DNA from: Rickettsiales bacterium | Lineage (GTDB): Bacteria > Pseudomonadota > Alphaproteobacteria > Rickettsiales > UBA3002 | Reading direction: 5' to 3' | Assembly: GCA_037968615.1 (NCBI GenBank) | Contig: JBBKVX010000060.1 | Span: forward strand, 1,336 to 65,335 | DNA length: 64,000 nucleotides | Shown here: piece by piece, positions 37,017 to 47,062 of the stretch | How positions within the stretch are numbered: the first letter of the stretch is position 1 | How the letters are laid out: every line of letters starts with the position of its first letter | Notes under the pieces: generated by a model | The model's database searches: none | What the model was told of the DNA's origin: nothing | What the model saw: the letters and a program-made list of their open reading frames with translations, nothing else | Translations under genes and position numbers: made by a program

Positions 37017-37161
37017 TATGGGTAAAGGCGGTCATGGTTCTAGGGTTATAAAGCAACATGCCGTGGCGAAAACAGGCATGAAACGCCCGTGCAATGGGCT
37101 TTACCTGTTTTTTAACCATCGCTTCGCTATGCTCCTGCCATATTCAATCAGGAGTTACCCC

Positions 37162-38634
37162 ATGTCCGTAGTCGCCATGACCAAAAAAGCCCAAGCCCAT
37201 CCCATCACCGTTGCTTACGGCGACGGCATCGGGCCGGAAATCATGGAGGCGGTGCTTAAAATCCTCGCCGAAGCGCGCGTACCGCTGAACATCGACACGA
37301 TCGAAGTGGGCCAGAAATTCTACGAAAAAGGCGTCACCACCGGCATCCCGCAGGACGCATGGGACAGCATCAAGCGCACCAAGGTGCTGCTCAAAGCCCC
37401 CATCACCACCCCGCAGGGCGGCGGCTACAAATCGCTGAACGTCACCATGCGTAAAGCCCTCGGCCTCTACGCCAACGTGCGCCCCTGCACCAGCTTCCAC
37501 CCCTACATCCAGTCGATGCACGCCAACATGAACCTCGTCATCGTGCGCGAGAACGAGGAAGATCTCTACGCTGGCATCGAGTACCGCCAGACGCAGGATG
37601 CGTTCCAGTCGGTCAAAATCATCACCCGTTCGGGCTCCGAGCGCATCATGCGCTACGCGTTCGAATACGCCGTGCTGAACAACCGCAAAAAAGTGACCTG
37701 CATGTCGAAAGACAACATCATGAAACTCACCGACGGTGCGTTCCACGATATGTTCACCAAGGTGGCCAAGGAATACCCGCAGATCGAGAACGAGCATTAC
37801 ATCATCGATATCGGCTCGGCGCGCATCGCCTCCAAGCCGCATTTGTTCGATGTGATCGTTACCGAGAACCTGTTCGGCGACATCATTTCCGACATCGCGG
37901 CGGAAGTTTCGGGCTCGGTGGGCCTTGCAGGCTCCGCCAACATCGGCGCCAACTACGCCATGTTCGAGGCCATTCACGGCTCCGCCCCCGACATCGCGGG
38001 CAAGAACATCGCCAACCCCTCCGGCCTGCTGCATGGCGCCATCATGATGATGGTGCATCTGGGCCTGAACGAGCACGCCTCGCTCATCCACAACGCATGG
38101 CTCAAAACCATCGAGGACGGCCAGCACACCGTTGATATCCAGAACGACATGAGCAAAGCCAAACTCGGCACCAAGGAATTCGCGCAAGCGGTCATCGATC
38201 GCCTTGGCCAAATGCCGGAAACCTACCGCGTCGTGAAATACGCACCGAACGAGGGCAACCCCTCCATCCACGCCGTCATGGATCCCGAAACGGAAGACCG
38301 CAAACTGATCGGCCTTGATTTCTTCGTGCATTGGTTGGGCGAAGACATCAACACGCTCGGCGAGATGGTCGACAAACTCTCGACCGACGAGCTGAGCCTC
38401 ACCATGATCTCGTGCAAAGGCCTCAAAGTGTGGCCGAACATGGTGACCGAAATGGACGTGACCGACCGTTACCGTTGCCGCTTCCTGCCCAAGGACAAGA
38501 ACGCGCCCGTCACCCACTCCCAGATCGCCAAACTCATGACCATGGCCGCCGACCAGGGCCTCGATTTCCTAAAAATCGAAACCCTCTGGACCTTCGACGG
38601 CAAAGCAGGCTTCTCGGCCAGCCAAGGCGAGTAA
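37162..38634 (+). CDS. icd: Isocitrate dehydrogenase (isocitrate/isopropylmalate dehydrogenase family, long C-terminal extension)
   Basis: GGAG RBS; ITVAYGDGIGPEIM, SLNVTMRKALGLYANVRPC, NLFGDIISD and HGSAPDIAGKNIANP motifs. Confidence 0.85.
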   Translation: MSVVAMTKKAQAHPITVAYGDGIGPEIMEAVLKILAEARVPLNIDTIEVGQKFYEKGVTTGIPQDAWDSIKRTKVLLKAPITTPQGGGYKSLNVTMRKALGLYANVRPCTSFHPYIQSMHANMNLVIVRENEEDLYAGIEYRQTQDAFQSVKIITRSGSERIMRYAFEYAVLNNRKKVTCMSKDNIMKLTDGAFHDMFTKVAKEYPQIENEHYIIDIGSARIASKPHLFDVIVTENLFGDIISDIAAEVSGSVGLAGSANIGANYAMFEAIHGSAPDIAGKNIANPSGLLHGAIMMMVHLGLNEHASLIHNAWLKTIEDGQHTVDIQNDMSKAKLGTKEFAQAVIDRLGQMPETYRVVKYAPNEGNPSIHAVMDPETEDRKLIGLDFFVHWLGEDINTLGEMVDKLSTDELSLTMISCKGLKVWPNMVTEMDVTDRYRCRFLPKDKNAPVTHSQIAKLMTMAADQGLDFLKIETLWTFDGKAGFSASQGE

Positions 38635-38644
38635 TTAGCCCGGC

Positions 38645-38929
38645 ATGGCGTTCGTCTATGTCATGGCCAGTGAAGCATTTGGAACGCTCTATATTGGCGT
38701 GACGCGCGACCTGATGAAACGCGTCTGGGAACACCAGAATCACGTCGTCGAAGGGTTCACCAAGAAATACGACTGCACCAAACTCGTTTACTACGAGGCA
38801 CATGAAAGCATGGAAGCCGCGATATTGCGTGAAAAACAAATGAAGAAATGGAACCGCAACTGGAAGCTGCGCCAGATCATGGACATGAATCCTGAATGGC
38901 GCGATCTATCCCTCGATCTCACCCCTTAA
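38645..38929 (+). CDS. GIY-YIG nuclease superfamily small protein
   Basis: FVYVMASEAFGTLYIGVTRDLMKRVWEHQ...REKQMKKWNRNWK (GIY...YIG...R...E...N). Confidence 0.85.
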   Translation: MAFVYVMASEAFGTLYIGVTRDLMKRVWEHQNHVVEGFTKKYDCTKLVYYEAHESMEAAILREKQMKKWNRNWKLRQIMDMNPEWRDLSLDLTP

Positions 38930-38931
38930 TT

Positions 38932-39031
38932 TCATCCCCGCGCAGGCGGGGATCCATGCCCTGCCACAGGCGTCATGCATCCGTAAAATCCGCACACCTC
39001 ATGGCATGGATTCCCGCCTACGCGGGAATGA
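38932..39031. repeat. REP/MITE-like element: two inverted 29-bp arms, each itself a GC hairpin, around a 42-bp spacer
   Basis: The left arm is TCATCCCCGCGCAGGCGGGGATCCATGCC (38932-38960). The reverse complement of the right arm (39003-39031) is TCATTCCCGCGTAGGCGGGAATCCATGCC. The arms are 26/29 identical. Confidence 0.75.
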
Positions 39032-39728
39032 CGATATTGATGAGGGCCTGCATCGCGTCCGGCACCGGGGCTTCGACCTTGATGGGGTCTTTACTGGCGT
39101 AAAGCGGAATCGTGATGCTTTGGGCGTGGAGCATCATGGGTTGGGCGGCGGCGCTGTATTCGCCCGTTTCCGGCCCGTAGAACGGGTCGCCCACCACCGG
39201 ACAGCCCAGCGCGAACGCCGCGTGCAGGCGTATCTGGTGCGTGCGTCCCGTTCTCGGCGAGAACTCGATGAGGCTCAGGATGCCGTTGCTGGCCAGTTGT
39301 TTGTAATCCGTCACCGCCGATTGGCCGCTCTCGTCCAGCGTCAGTTTCCATTTGCTGTTGTAGCCCGATTTTAGAATGGCGCGGTCGATACTGCCTTCGG
39401 GTTCTGCGGGCGCGCCCACCACCACCGCCAGATACTTCTTATCGATGCGCTGCTGCTCGAACAGTTTCCCCAGCTTGATAAGCGCCTGCCGGTGCCGCCC
39501 CAGCACCAGACAGCCCGATGTATCCCGGTCCAACCGATGCGCCAGCGCGGGCGGGTTCGGCAGCCCATACTGCAAATGGGTGAACGACGCATCGAGCGCG
39601 ATTTTATCGTGCCCGGTGATATGCACGGCGATGCCCGCCGATTTATTAATCACCAGCATCATCGCGTCGCGGTACAGCACCCGCGCAAGAATTTCGGATT
39701 CGGTGAGGTGCTTGAGAGCCGGAGCCAT
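39018..39728 (-). CDS. RluA-family pseudouridine synthase
   Basis: HRLDRDTSGCLVLG catalytic-Asp motif and TGRTHQIRLH. Start taken at MAPALKH. The last codons (..NIVIPA*) are encoded by the REP-like element. Confidence 0.85.
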   Translation of the reverse strand: MAPALKHLTESEILARVLYRDAMMLVINKSAGIAVHITGHDKIALDASFTHLQYGLPNPPALAHRLDRDTSGCLVLGRHRQALIKLGKLFEQQRIDKKYLAVVVGAPAEPEGSIDRAILKSGYNSKWKLTLDESGQSAVTDYKQLASNGILSLIEFSPRTGRTHQIRLHAAFALGCPVVGDPFYGPETGEYSAAAQPMMLHAQSITIPLYASKDPIKVEAPVPDAMQALINIVIPA

Positions 39729-39805
39729 AGGAAAACCGCATGTTTTGAACTTGCATTTAGTCCATCCGCGCCCTAGTAATCCAGCGATTTTTAAAGGATT
39801 GCGCC

Positions 39806-41167
39806 ATGGCCCCCAGCACCGCCAAACTCGCCGCCGCCGACTTCGATTTCGAAGCACTGCTCGCCCGCATGACCGCGTGCGACGGCACCATCGCCATTCT
39901 CGGCATGGGTTATGTGGGTTTCCCGCTGGCCATCGCCACCCACGCCAAAGGCTATAAGGTGCTGGCGTTCGATGTCGACCAAAGCAAAATCGACAAGCTC
40001 AACGCAGGGCAATCCTATCTCAAAGGCATTCCCGATACCGCCATTCAGGGCATGGTGAGCAAAGGCGGTTTCGAAGCCACCTCCGACGCCAGCGCCCTCG
40101 CCCGCGCCGATGCGCTGATCCTGTGCGTGCCCACGCCGCTCAGCAAAAACCGCGAGCCGGACATGAGCTACGTGGTCGCCACCACCGAAACCATCGCAAA
40201 AACCCTGCGCCCCGGCCAGCTGGTGGTGCTCGAATCCACCACCTATCCCGGCACCACCACCGACCTGATGACCCCGATGCTGGAAGCCAGCGGCCTGCGC
40301 GCGGGCGAGGATTTCTTCATCGCCTATTCGCCCGAGCGCGAAGACCCGGGCAACGGCTATTTCAGCACCCACACCATTCCCAAAGTGGTGGGCGCCGACG
40401 ACGACAAATCGCGCAAACTGGCCATGGCCATGTACAGCAACATCGTCAGCCAAGCCGTGCCGGTCAGCAGCAGCGCCACCGCCGAGGCCGTGAAGCTCAC
40501 CGAGAACATCTTCCGCGCGGTCAACATCGCGCTCGTGAACGAGCTGAAGCTGGTCTACGACAAAATGGGCATCGATGTCTGGGAAGTGGTGGATGCCGCG
40601 AAAACCAAGCCGTTCGGCTTCATGCCGTTCTACCCCGGCCCCGGCGTCGGCGGCCATTGCATCCCCATCGATCCGTTCTACCTCACCTGGAAGTCGCGCG
40701 AATACGGCGTGCCGACGCATTTCATCGAGCTGGCGGGCGAGATCAATAACTCCATGTTCGACTACGTGGTGGGCCGCACCCGCCAAGGGCTCGACCAGCA
40801 TTTCAAAAAAGGCCTGAATGGCTCGCGCATACTCATCGTGGGCATTTCCTACAAAAAGAACGTGGATGATCTGCGCGAAAGCCCCGCCATGTTCATCTGG
40901 GAAAAACTGGAAGCCGAAGGCGCCATTGTGGAACATCACGATTCGCACTTCCCCACCATCGTACCCACGCGCGAGCACGCCACTCTCACTGGCCGCGCCA
41001 GCGTGGCGCTCAGCAAGGAAATGCTGGCGAGCTACGACGCCGTGCTCATCACCACCGAACATTCGGATGTGGATTTTGCCTTCGTGGCGGCCAACAGCAA
41101 ACTGGTGATCGATACGCGCAACGCCTGCCGTAACGTGGCCGACCGCAGCAACATCATCAAAGCTTAG
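39806..41167 (+). CDS. Nucleotide-sugar (UDP-sugar) dehydrogenase, UDP-glucose/GDP-mannose dehydrogenase family
   Basis: ILGMGYVGFPLA Rossmann motif and GPGVGGHCIPIDP catalytic Cys. Resembles the UDP-GlcNAc/ManNAc dehydrogenase subgroup. Confidence 0.85.
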   Translation: MAPSTAKLAAADFDFEALLARMTACDGTIAILGMGYVGFPLAIATHAKGYKVLAFDVDQSKIDKLNAGQSYLKGIPDTAIQGMVSKGGFEATSDASALARADALILCVPTPLSKNREPDMSYVVATTETIAKTLRPGQLVVLESTTYPGTTTDLMTPMLEASGLRAGEDFFIAYSPEREDPGNGYFSTHTIPKVVGADDDKSRKLAMAMYSNIVSQAVPVSSSATAEAVKLTENIFRAVNIALVNELKLVYDKMGIDVWEVVDAAKTKPFGFMPFYPGPGVGGHCIPIDPFYLTWKSREYGVPTHFIELAGEINNSMFDYVVGRTRQGLDQHFKKGLNGSRILIVGISYKKNVDDLRESPAMFIWEKLEAEGAIVEHHDSHFPTIVPTREHATLTGRASVALSKEMLASYDAVLITTEHSDVDFAFVAANSKLVIDTRNACRNVADRSNIIKA

Positions 41168-41823
41168 TCGATCACAGCCAGCAAGGCCTCGGCGGCTTTG
41201 CGCTCGGCGAGTTTTTTGGTGCCCGCTTCGGCGCGCGCGGGCTCCAGCCCCTCCACACGCACTTCGATCACGAATTGCGGCGCGTGGCTCGGCCCTTCCG
41301 AACTCAGTACCACATAATCGGGCAGCGGCAAGCCACGGCCTTGCGCCCATTCCTGCAGCGTTGTTTTCGGGTCTTTCGGGGGCGCTTTGGTTTCCAGCGC
41401 GAATGGCTTCCAGAACTGCGTAATCACGCCGCGCGCGGCTTCCAACCCACCATCCAGATACACCGCGCCCAGCAGGGCTTCGCAGGCATCCTCTAGGTTC
41501 GAGCGGTTCTCGCGTCCGCCTTGGTCTTCTTCGCTCACCGACATGCCCAGCGCCACACCGACCTGCCATTGCTCGGCCACACGCGCCAGCATCTCGCCAT
41601 TCACCAGCGACACCAGCCGTTTGCTCAGGTCGCCTTCGGCTTCCGCCGGATACAGCTCGTAAAGCAGCTCCGCGATCAGCAGCCCCAGCACCGAATCGCC
41701 GAGGAACTCAAGCCGTTGGTTATGGTTCGCGCCCACCGAACGGTGCGTCATCGCTTGGTAAAGCAAATCCTGCTTTTTGAATTGATAGCCGATGGCGGCT
41801 TCGATGGCGGCCATGTCACGCAT
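41164..41823 (-). CDS. rnc: Ribonuclease III
   Basis: QRLEFLGDSVLGLLIAE signature and a C-terminal dsRBD (KTTLQEWAQ...). The start at MRDMAAIE overlaps the lepB stop (TGATG). Confidence 0.93.
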   Translation of the reverse strand: MRDMAAIEAAIGYQFKKQDLLYQAMTHRSVGANHNQRLEFLGDSVLGLLIAELLYELYPAEAEGDLSKRLVSLVNGEMLARVAEQWQVGVALGMSVSEEDQGGRENRSNLEDACEALLGAVYLDGGLEAARGVITQFWKPFALETKAPPKDPKTTLQEWAQGRGLPLPDYVVLSSEGPSHAPQFVIEVRVEGLEPARAEAGTKKLAERKAAEALLAVID

Positions 41824-42692
41824 CAGTCGATGGCCTTCAGCCAGCGGTTGCCACGGAAGGCCTGCGGCCATTCCCAAAACTTCCAGAACGCATACGACGT
41901 GTCGTACGACAGCAAAATCCGGTCGGCGCGTCCGACAAGGTTCTCGACGGGAATGAAGCCCGGCCCTTTCGGGAACCCTTCGGCGAGTGAGTATCGACTA
42001 TCCTCGGAGTTATCGCGGTTATCGCCCATCATGAAATAATGCGCGGCAGGTACTACATACACTTTAGTATTGTCCGAGTCGAAATCGGAGAAAAGCGTAC
42101 AGGTTACATTCCCCGATATATCCTCAGCATATTCCACGCAGGCACGATTACTATTGCGCGTGTCGAGAATGGTGTGCGTCACGCCGTTCGGAAGCGTTTC
42201 GTCGTAACGGCGCACTTTGTACGTTTCGCCATTTTCGCCCATCATTTTCATTGTTTCGCGGAAGGTGACCTCCACCTGCTTATTGTTGATGTACAGACGG
42301 CCCTGTTTCACCTGAATCCGGTCCCCCGGCAAGCCAATGACGCGTTTGATATAGTCCACTTTCTGATCCGCCGGAAGCCGGAACACCACCACGTCGCCGC
42401 GCTGCGGTTCGCTGAAGAACTTGCGCCCCTCGAACAGCTCAAGCCCGAACGGGAACGAATAGCGGCTGTAGCCATAGGAAAGTTTCGACACAAAAATATA
42501 ATCGCCCTCGTACAACGTGCTCAGCATCGAGCCCGAGGGAATATGGAACGGCTCGTACGCCACCGAGCGGAACAGCAGCGCGATGAGAATGGCGAACACG
42601 AACGAACGCAGCATCTCGCCGGTGGTCTCTTTTTTCTTTTCAGGCTTGGGCGGCGTTACAGGCGCGATAGCTATGGGTTCGAACTGGTCCAT
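41823..42692 (-). CDS. lepB: Signal peptidase I
   Basis: PSGSMLSTL (catalytic Ser), KRVIGLPGD (catalytic Lys box) and GDNRDNSEDSR. Confidence 0.93.
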   Translation of the reverse strand: MDQFEPIAIAPVTPPKPEKKKETTGEMLRSFVFAILIALLFRSVAYEPFHIPSGSMLSTLYEGDYIFVSKLSYGYSRYSFPFGLELFEGRKFFSEPQRGDVVVFRLPADQKVDYIKRVIGLPGDRIQVKQGRLYINNKQVEVTFRETMKMMGENGETYKVRRYDETLPNGVTHTILDTRNSNRACVEYAEDISGNVTCTLFSDFDSDNTKVYVVPAAHYFMMGDNRDNSEDSRYSLAEGFPKGPGFIPVENLVGRADRILLSYDTSYAFWKFWEWPQAFRGNRWLKAID

Positions 42693-44032
42693 TAAACGGC
42701 TACCCCATACAGATCGTACGCATCGGCGTTGGTGATTTCGATATCCACAAACTCACCCACGCGTTTGCCTTTAACGCGCGGAGCGTAGGCATTGCCATCG
42801 ATTTCCGGCGCATCGGCGCGGGTGCGGCAGACCATGCGGTCGCCCTCAATGGCATCGACGATGCATTGCTGCTTGGTGCCGATTTTTTTCTGCAATTTAT
42901 ATTCGGAAATTTCCGCCGCCTTGGCCATGAACATGCTCCAGCGGTCGTTCTTGATGTCTTCCGGCACTTGGTTGCCCAGCAGGTTCGAGGGCGCGCCCTT
43001 CACATCCTCGTATTTGAAACAACCCACGCGGTCGAGTTCCACTTCGTCGAGCCATTCGAGCAGATATTCGAAATCCTCGTCGGTCTCGCCGGGGAAGCCG
43101 ACGATGAACGTGGAGCGCAGCGTCAGATCCGGCACTTGCTCGCGCCATTTACGAATGCGCTCCGCCGTTTTCACTTGGTTGCCTGGGCGGCGCATTGCCT
43201 TCAACACGGCCGGGCTGGCATGCTGGAACGGAATGTCGAGGTACGGCAGAATCTTGCCCTCCGCCATCAGCGGCATCACATGGTCGACGCTGGGGTACGG
43301 GTACACGTAATGCAGCCGCACCCAGATACCGAGCTCGGCCAGCGCTTCGCACATCGCAGTCATTTGCGTTTTCACTTCGCGCCCGCGCCACTCGCCGCTC
43401 GCGTATTTCACATCCACACCATAGGCACTGGTATCCTGGCTCACCACCAGCAGTTCCTTCACGCCCGCCGCCGCCAGCGTTTCTGCCTCTTTCAGCACAT
43501 CGGTGATGGGGCGGCTGACGAGATCGCCGCGCAGCGCCGGAATGATGCAGAAGCTGCAACGGTTATTGCAGCCTTCCGAGATTTTCAGATACGCGTAATG
43601 GCGTGGCGTCAGGCGAATGCCTTGCGCGGGCAGCAAGTCCATATGCGGGTTATGTACCGCCGGTAGCGCGCGATGCACCGCCTCCATCACCGCCTCGTAA
43701 TGCGCCGGGCCGGTCACGGCCAGCACGTTGGGGTATTTCGCGGTAATCACTTCCGGTTCGGCGCCAAGGCAGCCCGTCACGATTACTTTGCCATTGTCGT
43801 TCAGCGCCTCGCCGATGGCCGCCAGCGATTCTTCCCGCGCCGAATCGAGGAACCCGCACGTGTTCACGATCACCAGATCGGAGCCCTTATATTCCGGCGC
43901 GATTTCGTAGCCCTCGGCGCGCAGACGCGTGAGAATGCGCTCGGAATCCACGAGTGCTTTGGCGCAGCCCAGTGATACGAAGCCAACTTTGGGAATCTGG
44001 ATGGGTGCCACGAGGGCCATACTGTCTCTCAC
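42692..44032 (-). CDS. rimO: Ribosomal protein S12 methylthiotransferase RimO (radical SAM, TRAM domain)
   Basis: [20 protein letters not shown]-terminus, [11 protein letters not shown] radical-SAM cluster motif, and a C-terminal TRAM domain. Confidence 0.9.
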   Translation of the reverse strand: MRDSMALVAPIQIPKVGFVSLGCAKALVDSERILTRLRAEGYEIAPEYKGSDLVIVNTCGFLDSAREESLAAIGEALNDNGKVIVTGCLGAEPEVITAKYPNVLAVTGPAHYEAVMEAVHRALPAVHNPHMDLLPAQGIRLTPRHYAYLKISEGCNNRCSFCIIPALRGDLVSRPITDVLKEAETLAAAGVKELLVVSQDTSAYGVDVKYASGEWRGREVKTQMTAMCEALAELGIWVRLHYVYPYPSVDHVMPLMAEGKILPYLDIPFQHASPAVLKAMRRPGNQVKTAERIRKWREQVPDLTLRSTFIVGFPGETDEDFEYLLEWLDEVELDRVGCFKYEDVKGAPSNLLGNQVPEDIKNDRWSMFMAKAAEISEYKLQKKIGTKQQCIVDAIEGDRMVCRTRADAPEIDGNAYAPRVKGKRVGEFVDIEITNADAYDLYGVAV

Positions 44033-44169
44033 AATTTTCCGGCCTTAGAGCATAGGAACGGCGCAAACGCAAGGCCAGCCTAGGCAGCGTACAAATTTCC
44101 GGCTGGCCACTGCCGTTTGGCCCAAAGCTTGCAATGCCTCACGCGTAAACCGCCAACTGCGAGCCCGCC

Positions 44170-44736
44170 ATGTCCACGCTTTCCTCCATCCTGAACAACC
44201 AGTTCTCCTCACTTTCCGGCCAGAAGGACGACAAACAGACCGCGGCCACCTCGCTGGCGCAGGCACTTAGCGGGGCAAGTTCTGCCGCTGTCAGTAACAA
44301 GGCCGCCAGCACGGCCGATGTCTCCTACCTGCTCAATCTCAGCGCCGAGGCCAAGAACTACCTCGCCACGCAAGCCAGCAAAACCGAGGCCACCGACAGC
44401 AAGGCCGAAAGCTTCATCCTCAGCCCGCAGCAGCAAAAGCAATTGAACGGCATCATCGATAGCTACAAGGACAAGCCCTTCACGCAGGAGAATTTCGACG
44501 CCATGCTGAAAGAACTGAACAGCGCTGGGCTGGCCCCCGACCAAATGGCCGCCAAAGACCAAGTGAAGCAACTGAACCCCACCGCCCTGTTCCTGAACGC
44601 CATCAACGGCGGCGACCAAACCCTCACCTTCAGCGGCGCCACGGGCGAGACCCAAAAAGCCAAGGCCGACGCCTACCTGCAGAACATTTACGACCAGTGG
44701 GAAAGCATCAGCACCACCGCAGGTGCCGAGTCATAA
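44170..44736 (+). CDS. Hypothetical Ser/Ala/Gln-rich protein (188 aa)
   Basis: ORF with coding-like third-position GC. No motif recognised. Confidence 0.5.
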   Translation: MSTLSSILNNQFSSLSGQKDDKQTAATSLAQALSGASSAAVSNKAASTADVSYLLNLSAEAKNYLATQASKTEATDSKAESFILSPQQQKQLNGIIDSYKDKPFTQENFDAMLKELNSAGLAPDQMAAKDQVKQLNPTALFLNAINGGDQTLTFSGATGETQKAKADAYLQNIYDQWESISTTAGAES

Positions 44737-44802
44737 CGCACACCGCGACGAAAAACAGTTGAGCTTTGCGCCCGCCCTTGCTACTTGTCCGCCCTCTGGA
44801 CC

Positions 44803-44894
44803 GGAGGGGTGGCCGAGTGGCTGAAGGCGACGGTTTGCTAAATCGTTATACGGTTAATACCGTATCGTGGGTTCGAATCCCATCCCCTCCTCCA
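44803..44894 (+). tRNA. tRNA-Ser (anticodon GCU), class II, encoded CCA
   Basis: GGAGGGGTGGCCGAGTGGCTGAAGGCGACGGTTTGCTAAATCGT...GGGTTCGAATCCCATCCCCTCCTCCA; anticodon loop TTGCTAA. Confidence 0.93.
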
Positions 44895-45106
44895 GAGACC
44901 TTGGCACAGGAATCGATTTATTACATCGCCTGCCCCCCGCAGAAACCCATAGGTTTTAATGCATTTGCTTGCGTTAGGCGGGGCGCTGTGCTCAAGCATC
45001 CCGCGTATGATGCAAATGAAAATTTTGTAACATCGAGTTCATCATCTGCATCCAAAAAAGCCTATATATTGAAATTCTAGATTCATAAGCCATCAGGAGA
45101 AACCAA

Positions 45107-46801
45107 ATGTTTTCAAAGCCACCCGCCGCGCATTCCGCTGAAATGAATGCCATGCACAAATCGCAGGCGGTCATCGAATTTGATCTTCAGGGCATCATCC
45201 TCACCGCCAACGACAACTTCTTGAACACGCTGGGCTACACGCTCGCTGAAATTCAAGGCAAGCATCACAGTATGTTCGTCGAGCCGGGCTACGCCGAGAG
45301 CCAGGAATACAAAGATTTCTGGGCCAGCCTGCGCGCCGGCACTTTTGAATCACGCGAATACAAGCGCTTTGGCAAGAATAACAAAGAAGTGTGGATTCAG
45401 GCTTCGTACAACCCGGTTCTCGACAAAAAGGGCGTGCCCTACAAAATCATTAAATTCGCCACGGAGATAACGCCGCAAAAGCTTATTAACGCAGAGTTCG
45501 AGGGCAAGAACGCCGCCATGAGCAAATCGCAGGCGGTCATCGAATTCAATCTCGACGGCACCATCATCACCGCCAACGCGAATTTCCTTGCCGCGATGAA
45601 ATACGATCTCGCCGAGATTCAGGGCAAACACCACCGCATGTTTGTGGAGCCGAGCTACGCCAACAGCGCCGAATACAAAGCCTTCTGGGAAAAACTAGCG
45701 CGTGGCGAATTCGAATCGCAAATCTACAAACGCCTCGCCAAAGACGGCTCCGAGATATGGATTCAAGCCTCCTACAACCCGATTTTCGACATGAACGGCA
45801 AACCGTTCAAAGTAGTGAAGTTCGCCACCGACGTCACCGATCAGGAACTTTCCTCGGCCAACTATAAGGGCCAGCTTCAGGCCATCCACAAAACGCAGGC
45901 GGTCATCGAATTCAACCTCGATGGCACCATTCTCACCGCCAACCCAAACTTCCTCAGCACGTTGGGCTACACGCTGGCAGAGGTGGTCGGCCAGCACCAC
46001 CGCATGTTCGTGGAGCCCGACTACGCGCGCGGCACCGAATACGCCGAGTTTTGGGAAAAGCTTCGCCGTGGCGAATACGAAAGCCGCGCTTACAAACGCA
46101 TCGGCAAAGGCGGCAAGGAAGTGTGGATCCAGGCGTCCTACAACCCCATCCTCGACATGAACGGCACACCCTACAAAGTCGTGAAATTCGCCACCGAGAT
46201 TACCGAAGTGATCGCCACGGGCGAGATGGCGGAACAGACCAACCTCAACGTGCAAAGCGTCGCTGCGGCGGTCGAGGAAATGTCGGCTTCCATCAACGAG
46301 ATCAGCAAAAACATGTCGCTGTCGAAACGCGCCGCCGAAAACATTCTCGAAAAGACCGACATCTCTACCGAAGCCACCGGCAAACTAGTGACCGGCATGA
46401 AATCCATGGAGCGGGTGGTGGAACTCATCAACACCATCGCCAACCAGGTGAACCTGCTGGCGCTGAACGCCACCATCGAGGCCGCACGTGCTGGCGAGGC
46501 TGGCAAAGGCTTCGCCGTGGTAGCGGCGGAAGTGAAAAATCTCGCCACCCAGACCACCCGCGCCACCGAGGAAATCGCCCGCGAAATCGCAGCGGTGCAG
46601 GCCGTGTCTGCCTCTGTGGCAAACAGTGTGCACGACATCGCTCAGACCGCCAACTCGGTGAGCGAATACGTGACAGGCGTGGCCTCGGCCATCGAAGAGC
46701 AGGGCGCCGTCACACGTGAGATCTCGTCGAACACGCAGCGCACTTCCAGCGCGGTGACGCAGATCGCCGAGCGCATCAAGCGGCTTTCCAGCGTAAACTA
46801 A
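45107..46801 (+). CDS. Soluble methyl-accepting chemotaxis protein with three tandem PAS domains
   Basis: Three ~122-aa PAS repeats (KSQAVIEF...WIQASYNP...KFAT), then the MCP signalling domain ([32 protein letters not shown]). No TM segments. Confidence 0.9.
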   Translation: MFSKPPAAHSAEMNAMHKSQAVIEFDLQGIILTANDNFLNTLGYTLAEIQGKHHSMFVEPGYAESQEYKDFWASLRAGTFESREYKRFGKNNKEVWIQASYNPVLDKKGVPYKIIKFATEITPQKLINAEFEGKNAAMSKSQAVIEFNLDGTIITANANFLAAMKYDLAEIQGKHHRMFVEPSYANSAEYKAFWEKLARGEFESQIYKRLAKDGSEIWIQASYNPIFDMNGKPFKVVKFATDVTDQELSSANYKGQLQAIHKTQAVIEFNLDGTILTANPNFLSTLGYTLAEVVGQHHRMFVEPDYARGTEYAEFWEKLRRGEYESRAYKRIGKGGKEVWIQASYNPILDMNGTPYKVVKFATEITEVIATGEMAEQTNLNVQSVAAAVEEMSASINEISKNMSLSKRAAENILEKTDISTEATGKLVTGMKSMERVVELINTIANQVNLLALNATIEAARAGEAGKGFAVVAAEVKNLATQTTRATEEIAREIAAVQAVSASVANSVHDIAQTANSVSEYVTGVASAIEEQGAVTREISSNTQRTSSAVTQIAERIKRLSSVN

Positions 46802-46854
46802 CGGACAATTGACACGCACGGGGGCATGCTTTCTGGAAACAGGAGTATGCCCCC

Positions 46855-47058
46855 ATGGCCCAGCCAAAATCCGATACCGCACGCGGCACGCAAACAAGCG
46901 GCCCCGCCCACACTAACGACCCCGACGACAATTACGGTGCCGGAGAATCCCGCACCAACGCCAAGCGCGCCGATGACGTGAAATACCACGACGAGCAACC
47001 GCGCGCCGGTGGCCGCGAGCGCGAAGACGACTCCTTAAAAACTTCCAACAAAAAATAG
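46855..47058 (+). CDS. Small hydrophilic hypothetical protein (67 aa)
   Basis: AGGAG 9 nt upstream of the ATG and GC-rich third codon positions. No motif recognised. Confidence 0.4.
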   Translation: MAQPKSDTARGTQTSGPAHTNDPDDNYGAGESRTNAKRADDVKYHDEQPRAGGREREDDSLKTSNKK

Positions 47059-47062
47059 CGCG

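Noticed and set aside
39006-39374. ORF beginning MDSRLRGNDD...
   Set aside because: Its start is generated by the REP-like hairpin (GGATTCCCGCCTACGCGGGAATGA), and the rest is antisense to the RluA-family gene. This is a known type of spurious call.
44902-44917. TGGCAC-AGGAA-TCGAT downstream of tRNA-Ser(GCU), a possible sigma54 promoter for the PAS-MCP gene.
   Set aside because: The -12 element lacks the essential GC (TCGAT versus TTGCA), so only the -24 half matches.
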